From NCBI GenBank assembly GCA_015065285.1, contig SVQP01000007.1, positions 7,520 through 71,519 on the forward strand: 64,000 nucleotides of DNA, read 5' to 3'. The translations under genes and the position numbers were made by a program. Positions 37,601-45,825 of this stretch are shown here, piece by piece. Within the stretch, counting starts at the first letter, position 1. Each line of letters starts with the position of its first letter. The notes beneath the pieces were generated by a model. That model was not told where the DNA came from. It made no database searches and worked only from the letters and a program-made list of their open reading frames with translations. Source of the stretch: Oscillospiraceae bacterium (GTDB lineage Bacteria > Bacillota > Clostridia > Oscillospirales > CAG-272).

Positions 37601-40418
37601 CGGTAATGGTGATCTGCATTTCCTTTGCACCGCGCAGCATACCCATCCAAACGTATTCCAGCGAGTTGATCGCGCCCTCCTGGTTGGAAAGCGAGATGTA
37701 ATCGCGGTTTGCGGAGATCTTCTTGGATGCGGGATCCTGAATGAAGTAGAAGGAACCAAGGTAGCTGACGTAGTCACCGTACAAGGAGCCGATGGGGCGG
37801 GAAGCGTACGCGTCGGGCATGGTCTTGTCTTCAAAGTCGATGGCGTCGTCCAACTCGTCCTTATTGGTCTCAAAGTATTCGATATCGAACATGGGTGCAC
37901 GGGTCCAGTCGCCGTAGAAAGCAAGGAAGGGGCAACCCAGATCCACCGTGCCCTCGCCCTGTGCGTCGAGCTGTACAAAGCCCTCAACGTACATGCCGTT
38001 GGCAAAGGAATCGTCCAGATACTTGCGATCCTGCTCGCTAAGCGTCAGGGTCAACTCCACGTCAGCCGTGCTGCCCGCAGCGACGGTCACGCTCTGAGAG
38101 TTTTGTTCTGCGCCCGCAACTGCGGTGACCTTGACGCCCACGCCCTCGAGCAGGTAGCCCTCCTCGGTGACGACGGTCTGACCGTCCACAGTCTTGGTCT
38201 CGCTGACGCCCTCGGTCATCACCGTGGCGGAAATATTGTATGTTAAGGCAGTAGAACCAAAGTTGACAATCGAGAATTTCAGAACGTACACGCCCACCTT
38301 ATCGGGGTCATCGCCAAGCTCGATCTTGGATTTGTCCATGATAGAGCCGTCGAGTCTGTTGTAGGTCTGAATATATGCGGTGGTCAGTGCGCATTCGTCC
38401 AGGTTGGCAAGTCCTGCACCCTGCTTTCTGACCGAGTAGGGGAGTCCGTTCTTGGCAAACACCACGTCGGAGGTGGACATCAAAAGGCGATTGACCAGCG
38501 CTGCAACCTCTTTGTCGTTATCTGCAATTTCGGGGAAGTTTTCCTTGACGTACTGACGCAGCAGCGCCACTACGCCGGACATGTTGGGGCAAGCCATCGA
38601 GGTGCCCGAAATGCGGTCGTAATCCTGACCGGGAACAGCCGAGAGGATCGAGCCACCGTGTGCGGTGATCTCGGGCTTGATCTCAAGGTCGGGGGTAGGA
38701 CCCCAGGAGGAGAAGCCGGACATGAAGGGACCGGAGGTCTGTGCGCGGCTGAAGGTAATGGTACCCTTGCCCGCAGCCTCCAGCATCTCACCGTCGTCCT
38801 GGCTGATTGAGCAGGAGGGAATGGTAGCGTCGCCCACGTTCATGCGGATCTCACCGGATACGTTGTTGTAAACGATCACGGCGGCAGCGCCCTTTGCCTG
38901 CGCCACGTTGACCTTTTCTTCAAAGGTGGTGGAGCCTCTGGCAACCAGCGCCACCTTGCCTGCAATATCAATGCCTGTATAGTCGGCAGATCGACCCGCA
39001 CCGGGAATGACCACGTATTCCAGCGTCAGGGAGTCTGTGCCCTCGGGCAGAATATCGTCGATCAGGTGCTTTTCCTTGCCCGCTCTGTTTGCCGAGTCGG
39101 TAAAGTAGATGATCTTGCCGTCATAGGTCATGTAAGGAGTCTTTGCGCCTTCAATCGAAGCCACGCAAAGCGCACCTGCGTAGGTGGAGGGAGAGCCGAC
39201 GGTTGCGGAGTCGGGGTTGCTGGTCAAGCCAAGGTTGCCGTTTTTCTCCGAGCCGTAGGTGGAGTTGTAGCTGTTGGAGGCTGCAACCACCAGGCTGATG
39301 CCCGCTTCGCGGATATGATCGTACACGCCTGCGATCTGTTCCTTGTCGTTCTCGGTGGAGAAGCCGCACGAAGTACCGATCGAGAGGTTGATGACGTCAA
39401 CGCCCAGTACTACGCAGTCCTCCAGCGCGCCCAGAATCCATGAGGTACGTGCGCTGGTCTCGGTATCCGAGAAGATCTTCATGGAAACCAGCTGCGCGTT
39501 GGGCGCAACGCCCGTGATGGTATCGTCGCGACCTGCGATGATGCCCGAGACGTGCGTGCCGTGGTCGGACTGAATGGGATATACGTCCGAGTCTCTGTCC
39601 GCGTAGTCAAAGCTGTAGGGAACCTTTTCGCTGATGTAAACGTCGGAGGCGGTAAGCCCGCTCTGAATGCCCGACGCCTCGGTCTTGCCAACCAAGCCCT
39701 CTACGTCGGAGAAGGTCATGCCAAGCTTATCTCTGTCTGCGGTAAAGTTCTCCACAGAGAACGCGGAGTGGTAGTAGTCAAGACCGGTGTCAAGCACAGC
39801 CACGACCATGCCGGTGCCGTCGTATGCAAAGTCGGAGCTGTCAAAAATACCGGTGTCGTAAACGTCAACCGTGTTTTCCACCAGCTTGGTCTCTGCGGGG
39901 AGGTAGACTTCGCCGACAATGGCGGTAGCCTTGCCGTCAAGCAGCTCGTCTACGCGTGCTAAGTCCTTTGCCTGCACCGTGATCTCAAAGCCGGAGAGAA
40001 CGGTGTTGTAGCAAAGGCCAAGGTCATAGTCGAGTCCCGATGCATCCAATTCTGCCAGCAGGGCTGCTTGCTTGTCGGCAATACTCTGCTTGATGGCAGC
40101 GGCGTCAGCGGAGCTTGCATACTCGGAAAGCGACAGGTCGGTGTCAGCTTTCTTGTAGGCGTCCATGACGCTGGGAAGATCGGTTCTGATGATCAACGAG
40201 ATAATGTCCGTGTCCGAAACCGTGTCGGGCAGCTTATGCACCACGTTGCTGTCAAGCAGGCTCTCGAGGTTTGTCTGAATATCCCCGTCGAACAGTCCGA
40301 TATATCCGGTCTGCTCTGTGCCCGAGACGGACAGGGAGGACATGGTCAGGAGCGTTGACACCACCATGGCAAGGGCAATGATGCACGTGATCACTTTTGC
40401 AATTGTTTTGCTCTTCAT
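31692..40418 (-). CDS. Giant cell-surface S8 subtilase with PA, Fn3-like, Ig-like and BspA-type LRR domains, two TM helices and a C-terminal extracellular region
   Basis: Catalytic triad VAVLDTG / HGTHVSG / SGTSMACP; PA domain GKVALVARG; many IGxxAFxxCxxLxxV repeats; start ATG 40418 (or TTG 40460). Confidence 0.88.
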   Translation of the reverse strand: MKSKTIAKVITCIIALAMVVSTLLTMSSLSVSGTEQTGYIGLFDGDIQTNLESLLDSNVVHKLPDTVSDTDIISLIIRTDLPSVMDAYKKADTDLSLSEYASSADAAAIKQSIADKQAALLAELDASGLDYDLGLCYNTVLSGFEITVQAKDLARVDELLDGKATAIVGEVYLPAETKLVENTVDVYDTGIFDSSDFAYDGTGMVVAVLDTGLDYYHSAFSVENFTADRDKLGMTFSDVEGLVGKTEASGIQSGLTASDVYISEKVPYSFDYADRDSDVYPIQSDHGTHVSGIIAGRDDTITGVAPNAQLVSMKIFSDTETSARTSWILGALEDCVVLGVDVINLSIGTSCGFSTENDKEQIAGVYDHIREAGISLVVAASNSYNSTYGSEKNGNLGLTSNPDSATVGSPSTYAGALCVASIEGAKTPYMTYDGKIIYFTDSANRAGKEKHLIDDILPEGTDSLTLEYVVIPGAGRSADYTGIDIAGKVALVARGSTTFEEKVNVAQAKGAAAVIVYNNVSGEIRMNVGDATIPSCSISQDDGEMLEAAGKGTITFSRAQTSGPFMSGFSSWGPTPDLEIKPEITAHGGSILSAVPGQDYDRISGTSMACPNMSGVVALLRQYVKENFPEIADNDKEVAALVNRLLMSTSDVVFAKNGLPYSVRKQGAGLANLDECALTTAYIQTYNRLDGSIMDKSKIELGDDPDKVGVYVLKFSIVNFGSTALTYNISATVMTEGVSETKTVDGQTVVTEEGYLLEGVGVKVTAVAGAEQNSQSVTVAAGSTADVELTLTLSEQDRKYLDDSFANGMYVEGFVQLDAQGEGTVDLGCPFLAFYGDWTRAPMFDIEYFETNKDELDDAIDFEDKTMPDAYASRPIGSLYGDYVSYLGSFYFIQDPASKKISANRDYISLSNQEGAINSLEYVWMGMLRGAKEMQITITDDSTGEVVFERTEQWIRKSYSDGGASIYPANLDVGFSAIEQKLKNNTKYTVTIKGLLDYGDGGADTNLRNTMTFPLYTDFEAPAVTDTEFYTEYDKSEKINRLYAKVKIYDNHYAMGLQAGYVALEESGYIFKSFGKYVTAIYSEYNSTTEVIIELTDYIDDIKSGSAHKNTFALTCYDYAMNEATYEIGLPDEYVDFYLPEFADFEPDAEQDMPTLYLSPYQIYELNPVLYPGESWADLLIYDTYRPENVAIVGNTLVPVTPGTLTRIRITDPNDNKNFYEFRVKVLSEGEPGYVEYDKPVTDSFELTGYRVDKAFYFVNSADRGLGVTGDEAKFGSTNYALEMYPSESITVRYKLNAYFPETTKVVFESSNPDIVTVDAKTGTITAQKEGFASISAMVEMDGKSTYYSKSISIEVKDPYVTQGPILQNYFGLGGTVVIPESLSITEIGQFAFSNYDYIDKSPEEITDEDPESTKIWYIGENTIKEVIIPEGVETISAYAFANLTALERVVLPSTLTRIDWGAFYGCTALKTVVGLEHVKFINEGAFEGCSAMSGTINLKSAVAIADYAFAGCSSLTSVTLSESIQSIGMHAFANNSSLRTLTIKAPIYKIGKYAFAGCEALTEVSINAAVIPTGAFQGAKKLTKITLGKDVAVINENAFGGTKLESINVDAANTRFVTGENLSYVVDKTSSTLILVAPATSGVFAPDLNVTTIGTGAFSGNANITAVVLPSVTQLQPYAFADCKKLTSVSLGDLTLIGDYAFANTALKQTPSFAHLDYIGAYAFSNTALTSLTLPDGMSTGKGAFAECTKLESVTIGKGVTLGDNAFYLNSFTNREFLMNPDMLNAFYYVVYKSPLHSLTIGEDVKIGNYAFYGAAELESVTLGKGAVIGDYAFFNAAVLSDIDLSQVVSIGKGAFSGDVYNDYYDEAFTSPVIDVNGEYVYRYFAPVLKEVHLDSLYSLGEEAFAYCQLLQKVTLGDAVSEIPDKAFLYCRNLSDINLGKVEKIGSNTFYTTKLQSADLGAATHIGTYAFAYCEQLAAVTFGTADTTLCEGAFAYDTSLASVIGMQNLSYVGDYAFAYTILPGADLRFATYIGTHAFYKDTVADFTVVLGEALADMGDNPFAMCRLEKFSSVEVESFNGKDYETITYTYDVSHSIRVIDGHIYRVVPKGLELITYTSGDDVVHVADGTVRISAMAFAGTPVKQVILPYTLRAIGHKAFFDCDSLRLVTFSSYNAPILEEEFDALYHESFDNIPATGDYSFYAADGSTLTKPGLGIIPYYMWNADTSYHNTYYGATFVDYIGHVTSPITMVRPVNGNHYDSFIFSQYFDTMIDGSAAADEITLAAIQAINALPETVSLSDKALVQAARAAYDKISTKEQQALVYNYDKLLAAERRISDLEAISGNQGETEPVPEGPKGVSVTFVLSIALAVLGIISLALAVLCVAMLPKVYSAENKAAAEAAKAAKEAEKRAEAEKPIKLNKPHKPRGMGKQGQQSKLAKLAARVPLGKIFTFIAVISISAALVLMAITLFSSTGSQWKDPYKQFDKQGYSVSIRFDAGEGKFANRDVTVVDVFSLDDYEIGEDGKVHIPLLDPQDKLRGAQAYIVDNPGYVLAGWYTDRQPRTDEQGNPLDAYGELTSVSGREQGWIYSGRWTFDSDTVAVDPESVTTGADAVLTLYAAWVPHVQFNIYNANELDENNNPVLLETYTGSKLSVPTWKNGAISLGGNFPKLDGTPNAIYSDAAMTQPVTEPIKLEINYENGTTNTPAIDVYVDLWEGQWFKISSAKQFYKHARPDGNYIIEADLDFSVKGAIWPTNLYKGQTQFTGQIIGNGHKISNVTVLQPDGAQQGGLFGYIGEGASITDLHFENVTYTATGSRIQGSTFGLLCGTLSDKATLENVTISGKLLIDPSLLLENMDFATYGMLCGSGSAQGISLDNIRVEATGDNKNRVILTVDRDTGEITVTVRD

Positions 40419-40496
40419 TTGGTGTTTCTTGCCTTTCGTGTTTTTGTTCTTTTTACTCAATCGAAGAAAAAGGTAAAAAAGTCGATATACATTATT

Positions 40497-40525
40497 ATTA
40501 TATCACATCTCGCGCGCGTGCGCAA
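40497..40525 (-). promoter_or_regulatory. Promoter for the protease-opp operon
   Basis: Minus strand TTGCGC-17 bp-TATAAT with TG extension. Confidence 0.55.
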
Positions 40526-40768
40526 GGGCGAGCGCGTATTTCTCTTTGGGCATGTAGCATAAAATAAGCATGTATTAAGTAAAGATTGCGTGGAATTGCT
40601 ACAAAATTATTATAGAAAAAAGCACAATAAAAGTAATGCTCTTGATTTTTGGGGCAGAATATGTTAGAATATGACTAACAATTACTATTTTACAATCGGA
40701 GAGTCTGCGCAAGTGTGATTTTCCGGCAAGACATTGCGATGAAAAATGTATGTAACAGGAGAAAACAG

Positions 40769-43552
40769 ATGAGAATTTTCAAAAAGACAACGGCACTGAT
40801 GCTCGTGTTGTTTTTGACTCTGAGCATGCTGCTGACTGCCTGCACCACGCCCGGTGAGGGTGAAGAGTCCACGTCGCAGGGCGGTTCGGATCAGACCACG
40901 CAGCAGGGCACGACACAGGCGCCCGATGATCAGCCCACAGGCGAGAAAAAGGCGTATACGGTTGAGGTCAAGACCGTGGGCGGCATGGCACTTGAGGGCG
41001 TGACCGTCAAGGTGTACACCGACAGCACCATGGCGGATCTGGTCAACTTCGGCACCACCGATGCCGATGGCAAGGCTGTGATCGAAATGCCTGCCAAGGA
41101 AGGCTACGTAGCAGAGCTTTCGGGTCTGCCCGCAGGCTATGAGTGCGAGCCCTATTATGAGTTTGTTGGCAACGGCGTCAGCATTTACGTAGTATCCCGC
41201 GTGATTGCGGATACCAATATCAACGGCGTTTCCTATAAGGTTGGCGACGTCATTCGTGATTTCACGGTTGTGGACAGCGACGGCACGTCTCACACCCTGT
41301 CCGAGATCCTGAAGGAAAAGGAACTGGTTGTGCTCAACTTCTGGTACACCACCTGCTCCTGGTGTGTAGAGGAATTCCCCTACCTGGAGGCGGCATACCA
41401 GAACTATGGCGACAAGGTCGAGGTTCTGGCGCTTGACCCCTACGGCACCGATTCCGAGAGTGCCATTGCCGAATTCAAGGCAAGCATGGGTCTTTCCTTC
41501 CCCATGATCAAGGATTATAACGCGCTGTACGCTGCATTCGGCGTTACCGCATTCCCCACCTCGGTATTTATTGACCGCTACGGTGTGATCTGCCTGATCG
41601 AGACAGGCGCGCTGATCGGTGATCAGCCCTTTACCGTGGCATTTGATCACTTTACCGGTGACGATTACGTACAGGGACTTTATTCCAGCGTGGACAGCCT
41701 GGTTCCCGAGGTTGAGGTCAACGTTTCCATGCCTGATCCTTCCGAGATCGCGGCTGCTGTGAACGGTGAGGGCTTCAACTGCACCTATCGCGCAGAGGAG
41801 AGCGAGGAGTTTGCTTCGATCACCTGGCCCTTCGTGCTTGGCGAAAAGGACGGCTATACCTGCCTGAAGCCTGCAAATTCGGGCGTGACCAACTCCTTCT
41901 CGATCATTTATATGGACGTTGAGCTTAAGGCGGGCGAGGCGCTCTGCTTTGATTTCTATTCCTCGAGCGAGGCGTATTGCGACGTGCTTTACACCATTGT
42001 CAACGGGGTGGACGTCAACAGCATCTCGGGCGAGATGGGCTGGAGAAGCTGCTATCCTTACGTTGCAACTGCGGACGGCACCTACGAGATCGCGCTGACC
42101 TACGTCAAGGACGGTGACAGTGACGTGGGTGAGGATACCGTTTATATCAGAAATCTGCGCATTGTGGATATGGAGAACATTGATTCTCCCACGTATATCC
42201 CCCGCTATGCGGCAACCGACAGAGCCGAGGACGGCTTTGGCTATAACAATTACGTCACCGTTGTGTTCAACGAGCAGGACGGCTACTACCACGTTGGTAC
42301 CGAGGATGGACCTCTGCTGCTTGCAGATTTGATGAACTACACGCAGTTCAGCCAGCAGACTGTGTTTGACATGGCGTATAACGGTTTGCTTGGCGATGAT
42401 TTCTATGATCTTGCTGTGGATTATTTCTCCTTTGCATCCAACTCTCAGCTTGTCGGTATCTGTACGGTCAACCAAGAGCTTGCGGAGCTGCTCAAGAGAG
42501 TGACCGCAACGCTTGGCTCCGAGGGTCACGATCAGGAATGGCTGCAGCTGTGCATGTATTATGATGCGTACGGCACAGAGTACCAGCTTGAGGACCCCAT
42601 CAAGGGTCTTGCTCCTTTCTGCGCGTACAAGGCTGAGCTTGGTGACAACAATGCCTTTGTTTATAACCGCGTGATCATGCCCAGAGGCTTGCTTGCCGAG
42701 TTTATTCCCACAGTTTCGGGTGTATATCGTATTACCTCGTACAGCGATCAGGACGTGGATGGCTGGATCTTTGACGAAAACCGCGTGGAGCTGCTGGTTT
42801 ACGAGCACTGCGAGAGAATGTATTTCGATATGAGCAACGTTTCCATGGTTCTCTACATGGAAGCGGGCACTCCTTATTATATCGACATTGCATACTGGGA
42901 CGTTTACGGTGCGGGCACCATTCCGTATTCCGTTGAATATATTGGCGAAAGCTATGAATATTTCCGCACCTGCGCGCCCGGTTATTTTACCTACTATGAG
43001 ACCGAGGACGAGAACGTGACCAACGAGATCGTCGGCGGCGGCATCAAGGTAGCCCTTGGTGAGGATGGCTACTACCATGAGCTGCGTGCGGACGGTAGCC
43101 TTGGCAGTATCGTTTACGCTGACTTTACAAGCGTTTCCTCCATCTTCAGTCACTCTTTGGTACAGATGATCGACATGAAGTCCTTCAATTTCAAGTACAG
43201 TGAGGGCGACTTGCTGATTCTGAGCTATTATGAGAGATATCAGGAAAACACCAAGGAAAAGCTGCAGGAGCTCTGGGGCGATGCTTATGAGGAGTATGCC
43301 GAGGAATATCAGCTGGACGAGGTGCTTGCAGGCACGTATCACGGTACGGGCGACGATATGACCGAGATCGCCAAGAAGTATGCGGCACTGGTTCTGCCCA
43401 CAAGCGAAGAGGCTCCCGAGCTGGAGGGCTGCGTGGCAGTCAATGCAGAGCTTGCGGATCTTTTGCAGAAGCTGATGGATAAGTACACGTTTGAGGGCGT
43501 GGATGATTCCTGGATCAAGCTGTGCTTCTACTACCAGCATCTGGGCGCATAA
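40769..43552 (+). CDS. Lipoprotein with Ig-like module, TlpA/ResA-type thioredoxin domain and repeated unknown domains
   Basis: Lipobox LTAC; LNFWYTTCSWCVEEFP (CxxC); cis-Pro AFPTSVFID; ACAGGAG RBS. Confidence 0.85.
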   Translation: MRIFKKTTALMLVLFLTLSMLLTACTTPGEGEESTSQGGSDQTTQQGTTQAPDDQPTGEKKAYTVEVKTVGGMALEGVTVKVYTDSTMADLVNFGTTDADGKAVIEMPAKEGYVAELSGLPAGYECEPYYEFVGNGVSIYVVSRVIADTNINGVSYKVGDVIRDFTVVDSDGTSHTLSEILKEKELVVLNFWYTTCSWCVEEFPYLEAAYQNYGDKVEVLALDPYGTDSESAIAEFKASMGLSFPMIKDYNALYAAFGVTAFPTSVFIDRYGVICLIETGALIGDQPFTVAFDHFTGDDYVQGLYSSVDSLVPEVEVNVSMPDPSEIAAAVNGEGFNCTYRAEESEEFASITWPFVLGEKDGYTCLKPANSGVTNSFSIIYMDVELKAGEALCFDFYSSSEAYCDVLYTIVNGVDVNSISGEMGWRSCYPYVATADGTYEIALTYVKDGDSDVGEDTVYIRNLRIVDMENIDSPTYIPRYAATDRAEDGFGYNNYVTVVFNEQDGYYHVGTEDGPLLLADLMNYTQFSQQTVFDMAYNGLLGDDFYDLAVDYFSFASNSQLVGICTVNQELAELLKRVTATLGSEGHDQEWLQLCMYYDAYGTEYQLEDPIKGLAPFCAYKAELGDNNAFVYNRVIMPRGLLAEFIPTVSGVYRITSYSDQDVDGWIFDENRVELLVYEHCERMYFDMSNVSMVLYMEAGTPYYIDIAYWDVYGAGTIPYSVEYIGESYEYFRTCAPGYFTYYETEDENVTNEIVGGGIKVALGEDGYYHELRADGSLGSIVYADFTSVSSIFSHSLVQMIDMKSFNFKYSEGDLLILSYYERYQENTKEKLQELWGDAYEEYAEEYQLDEVLAGTYHGTGDDMTEIAKKYAALVLPTSEEAPELEGCVAVNAELADLLQKLMDKYTFEGVDDSWIKLCFYYQHLGA

Positions 43553-43564
43553 ATTCCGAATTTT

Positions 43565-43596
43565 TTGCCGAACCCTTTGCAAAAAGGGTTCGGCAA
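43565..43596. terminator. Intercistronic hairpin
   Basis: TTGCCGAACCCTTT-gcaa-AAAGGGTTCGGCAA. Confidence 0.6.
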
Positions 43597-43687
43597 TGCC
43601 GTCTTTTGCTTGTATTTTCGGTGGCACCGAAAAATCAACCGGGGATGGAAAATTTAACAAACGATAATGAAATCGAGGCTTTTTATC

Positions 43688-45040
43688 ATGCTTTTTGCAA
43701 AAAACAAAGCGATTATCGCACTGCTTTGCCTGCTTTTATGCCTTGGCATATTGCTTGCTGCATGTGAGAACGGGCAGGAAAATGTGCCCGACGGCAGCGA
43801 ATCAACAAGCGCGGAGCAAAGCGAATCTGTCGGTACCGAGAGCGAATCGGATGCCGAGGATGACGTGACCGGGCAGGGCAGCGACACGGACTCCGAGAGC
43901 GAGAGCGAGACCCAGCCCGCAATCGAAACGCTGGCTTATACCGTGACCGTCATCGGCTCGGATGGTAACCCTCGTCAAGGCGCAATGGTGGTGATCCTTA
44001 AGAATGGTGAGGCGATCGTTACCTCTCCCACGTTGGCTGACGGCACACTGACAGCCGAGCTCGAGGTGGGCGAGTATGAGGTCAAGCTGCTCAATTTGTT
44101 GGGCGAGGCATATCGCACAGAGGGCTGTGTGCTGACTCCCGAATCCACCGCCTTGACCATTTCACTCTGCGGTCTTCCCACTGCAGGCGAGGAGATCTTT
44201 GCGTACAGTGCGTCTGCTGACGACTATATTGCATATGACGCCAAGAGAGTGGTGGAAGGGCGCACGATGGTGACACTGAGCGCTGACGACATGACCTATT
44301 ATCTGTTCGTCTCCTCTCGTGGCGGCACCTTCAAGCTGTCCATGGACGAGGATCTGCCGGTTTCGATCGGCTATTTCGGCTCTACCTCGTACGTCATGAC
44401 CGAGTCGATTGCGACGGAGCAGGACAACGCCATTTGCGTGGACGTTTATGACGATATGGTGTTCAATTATGCTTTCGTCATTGGCATTCGTGCCGAGGAT
44501 GCATCGCTTAAGGAGTGCGAGCTGACCGTAGAATACGTGTCCGAGCGTGAGACTACCGAGCATGATCTGCCCTGGAATGATCTGATGCCGGATCACGAGC
44601 TGCTCAAGTACACCATGGGCGCGGGCACGGTGACGAATTTTGCCGTAGACAGTGCCGAAATTGTGCTGGTATACAGCGAGTCCGACGGCTATTATCACGT
44701 GGGCAGCGAAAGCGGTCCTGTGGTGTTGGTCAATCTGAATAACAATTCGAAGTATATGGATGCGCTGACCACGGTTTGCTCCAACATGCGTCTGGGTGTT
44801 TACGTGTACGACGAGGATGGCAAGCTGGTATCCAAGGATAGCTATAACGAGCTGATCTGGGCGTACAACGAGGTGGCGGACGGCGGCTATTATCCGCTGG
44901 ATGATACCTTGCTGGATATGCTCAAGACGGTGGGCGACTATATGGGCTGGTACGATCCCGCATCTCCCATGTATTTGTTTGAGGGTGTGGCGCTCGAGCC
45001 TGCCAACGCGTATTTGTTCGCGTGTGTTTATTTGCAGTAA
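43688..45040 (+). CDS. Lipoprotein with Ig-like module and a domain shared with the upstream lipoprotein
   Basis: Lipobox LAAC; acidic S/E linker; YTVTVIGSDGNP module; DGYYHVGSESGP...YLFACVY. Confidence 0.8.
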   Translation: MLFAKNKAIIALLCLLLCLGILLAACENGQENVPDGSESTSAEQSESVGTESESDAEDDVTGQGSDTDSESESETQPAIETLAYTVTVIGSDGNPRQGAMVVILKNGEAIVTSPTLADGTLTAELEVGEYEVKLLNLLGEAYRTEGCVLTPESTALTISLCGLPTAGEEIFAYSASADDYIAYDAKRVVEGRTMVTLSADDMTYYLFVSSRGGTFKLSMDEDLPVSIGYFGSTSYVMTESIATEQDNAICVDVYDDMVFNYAFVIGIRAEDASLKECELTVEYVSERETTEHDLPWNDLMPDHELLKYTMGAGTVTNFAVDSAEIVLVYSESDGYYHVGSESGPVVLVNLNNNSKYMDALTTVCSNMRLGVYVYDEDGKLVSKDSYNELIWAYNEVADGGYYPLDDTLLDMLKTVGDYMGWYDPASPMYLFEGVALEPANAYLFACVYLQ

Positions 45041-45068
45041 TTTTTTGAAAATATAAGGAGAATTGATT

Positions 45069-45512
45069 ATGAACTTCAAGAGAATCGCACTGCTGCTGGC
45101 AGCAGTTCTTGTGCTTGGCGCTATGATGAGCTTTGTCGCATGCGACGGCGGTGAGGGCGAGCAGACCACCGAGGCTGCAACCGAGGCGCCCGAGCAGACT
45201 ACTGCGGGCACGCAGACGCCTGCCACCGAGCAGACCACCGAGGCAGAGACCGAGAGCGGCAAGGTAACGTACACTGTTACCGTTGTGGATGCAAACGGTG
45301 CGCCCGTTAAGGACGTAGCCGTTCAGTTCTGTGATGATAACGGTTGCCGCATGCCGGTTGCCACCAACGCACAGGGCGTCGTAACCTTGACTGAAGCAGA
45401 GAGTAACTTCCACGTCACGCTGGCAAGCGTTCCCGCAGGCTATGCGGCAGATGCTACCGAATATTATTTCGATGGCGCGCTTGAGCTGACCATCACCCTG
45501 CAGGCTGAGTAA
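45069..45512 (+). CDS. Small lipoprotein with a single Ig-like module carrying CxxxxC
   Basis: Lipobox FVAC; T/E-rich linker; YTVTVVDANGAPVKDVAVQFCDDNGC; AAGGAG RBS. Confidence 0.8.
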   Translation: MNFKRIALLLAAVLVLGAMMSFVACDGGEGEQTTEAATEAPEQTTAGTQTPATEQTTEAETESGKVTYTVTVVDANGAPVKDVAVQFCDDNGCRMPVATNAQGVVTLTEAESNFHVTLASVPAGYAADATEYYFDGALELTITLQAE

Positions 45513-45580
45513 TCCCTTTGCCAAAAAAGAAAAAGCAGCCCAATGAGGCTGACAAATTAGCGGAGATTTTCGCAAAAATC

Positions 45581-45621
45581 AAGGACTGTATCGTTTTGAT
45601 GCAGTCCTTATTTGCTTTTTT
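45581..45621 (+). terminator. Terminator
   Basis: AAGGACTGTATC-gtttt-GATGCAGTCCTT then T-rich run. Confidence 0.65.
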
Positions 45622-45640
45622 ATGAATAGTTGCCGCAAAA

Positions 45641-45749
45641 GCGGGCGATCACTGATCGCCCCTACAAGTGTCTGTGCTGTGGCTTTAATACGTAAAACCC
45701 AAACAAAAACAGCCGTAGGGGCGATCTGTGATCGCCCGCCCCTACGGCT
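45641..45749. repeat. GTAG-type REP-like palindrome pair
   Basis: GCGGGCGATCACTGATCGCCCCTAC and GTAGGGGCGATCTGTGATCGCCCGC in inverted orientation. Confidence 0.75.
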
Positions 45750-45825
45750 ATTACTATTTGAAAGTATTGGTTTTTGATAATTTTACCGTTATTTACGCAG
45801 CCCCATCGGCAGCTTTTTTCTTTTT

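Noticed and set aside
40685-43660. 991-aa minus-strand ORF (likewise 33642..35723, 35826..38246, 953..2587, 46144..48036)
   Set aside because: Antisense shadows of well-supported genes on the opposite strand
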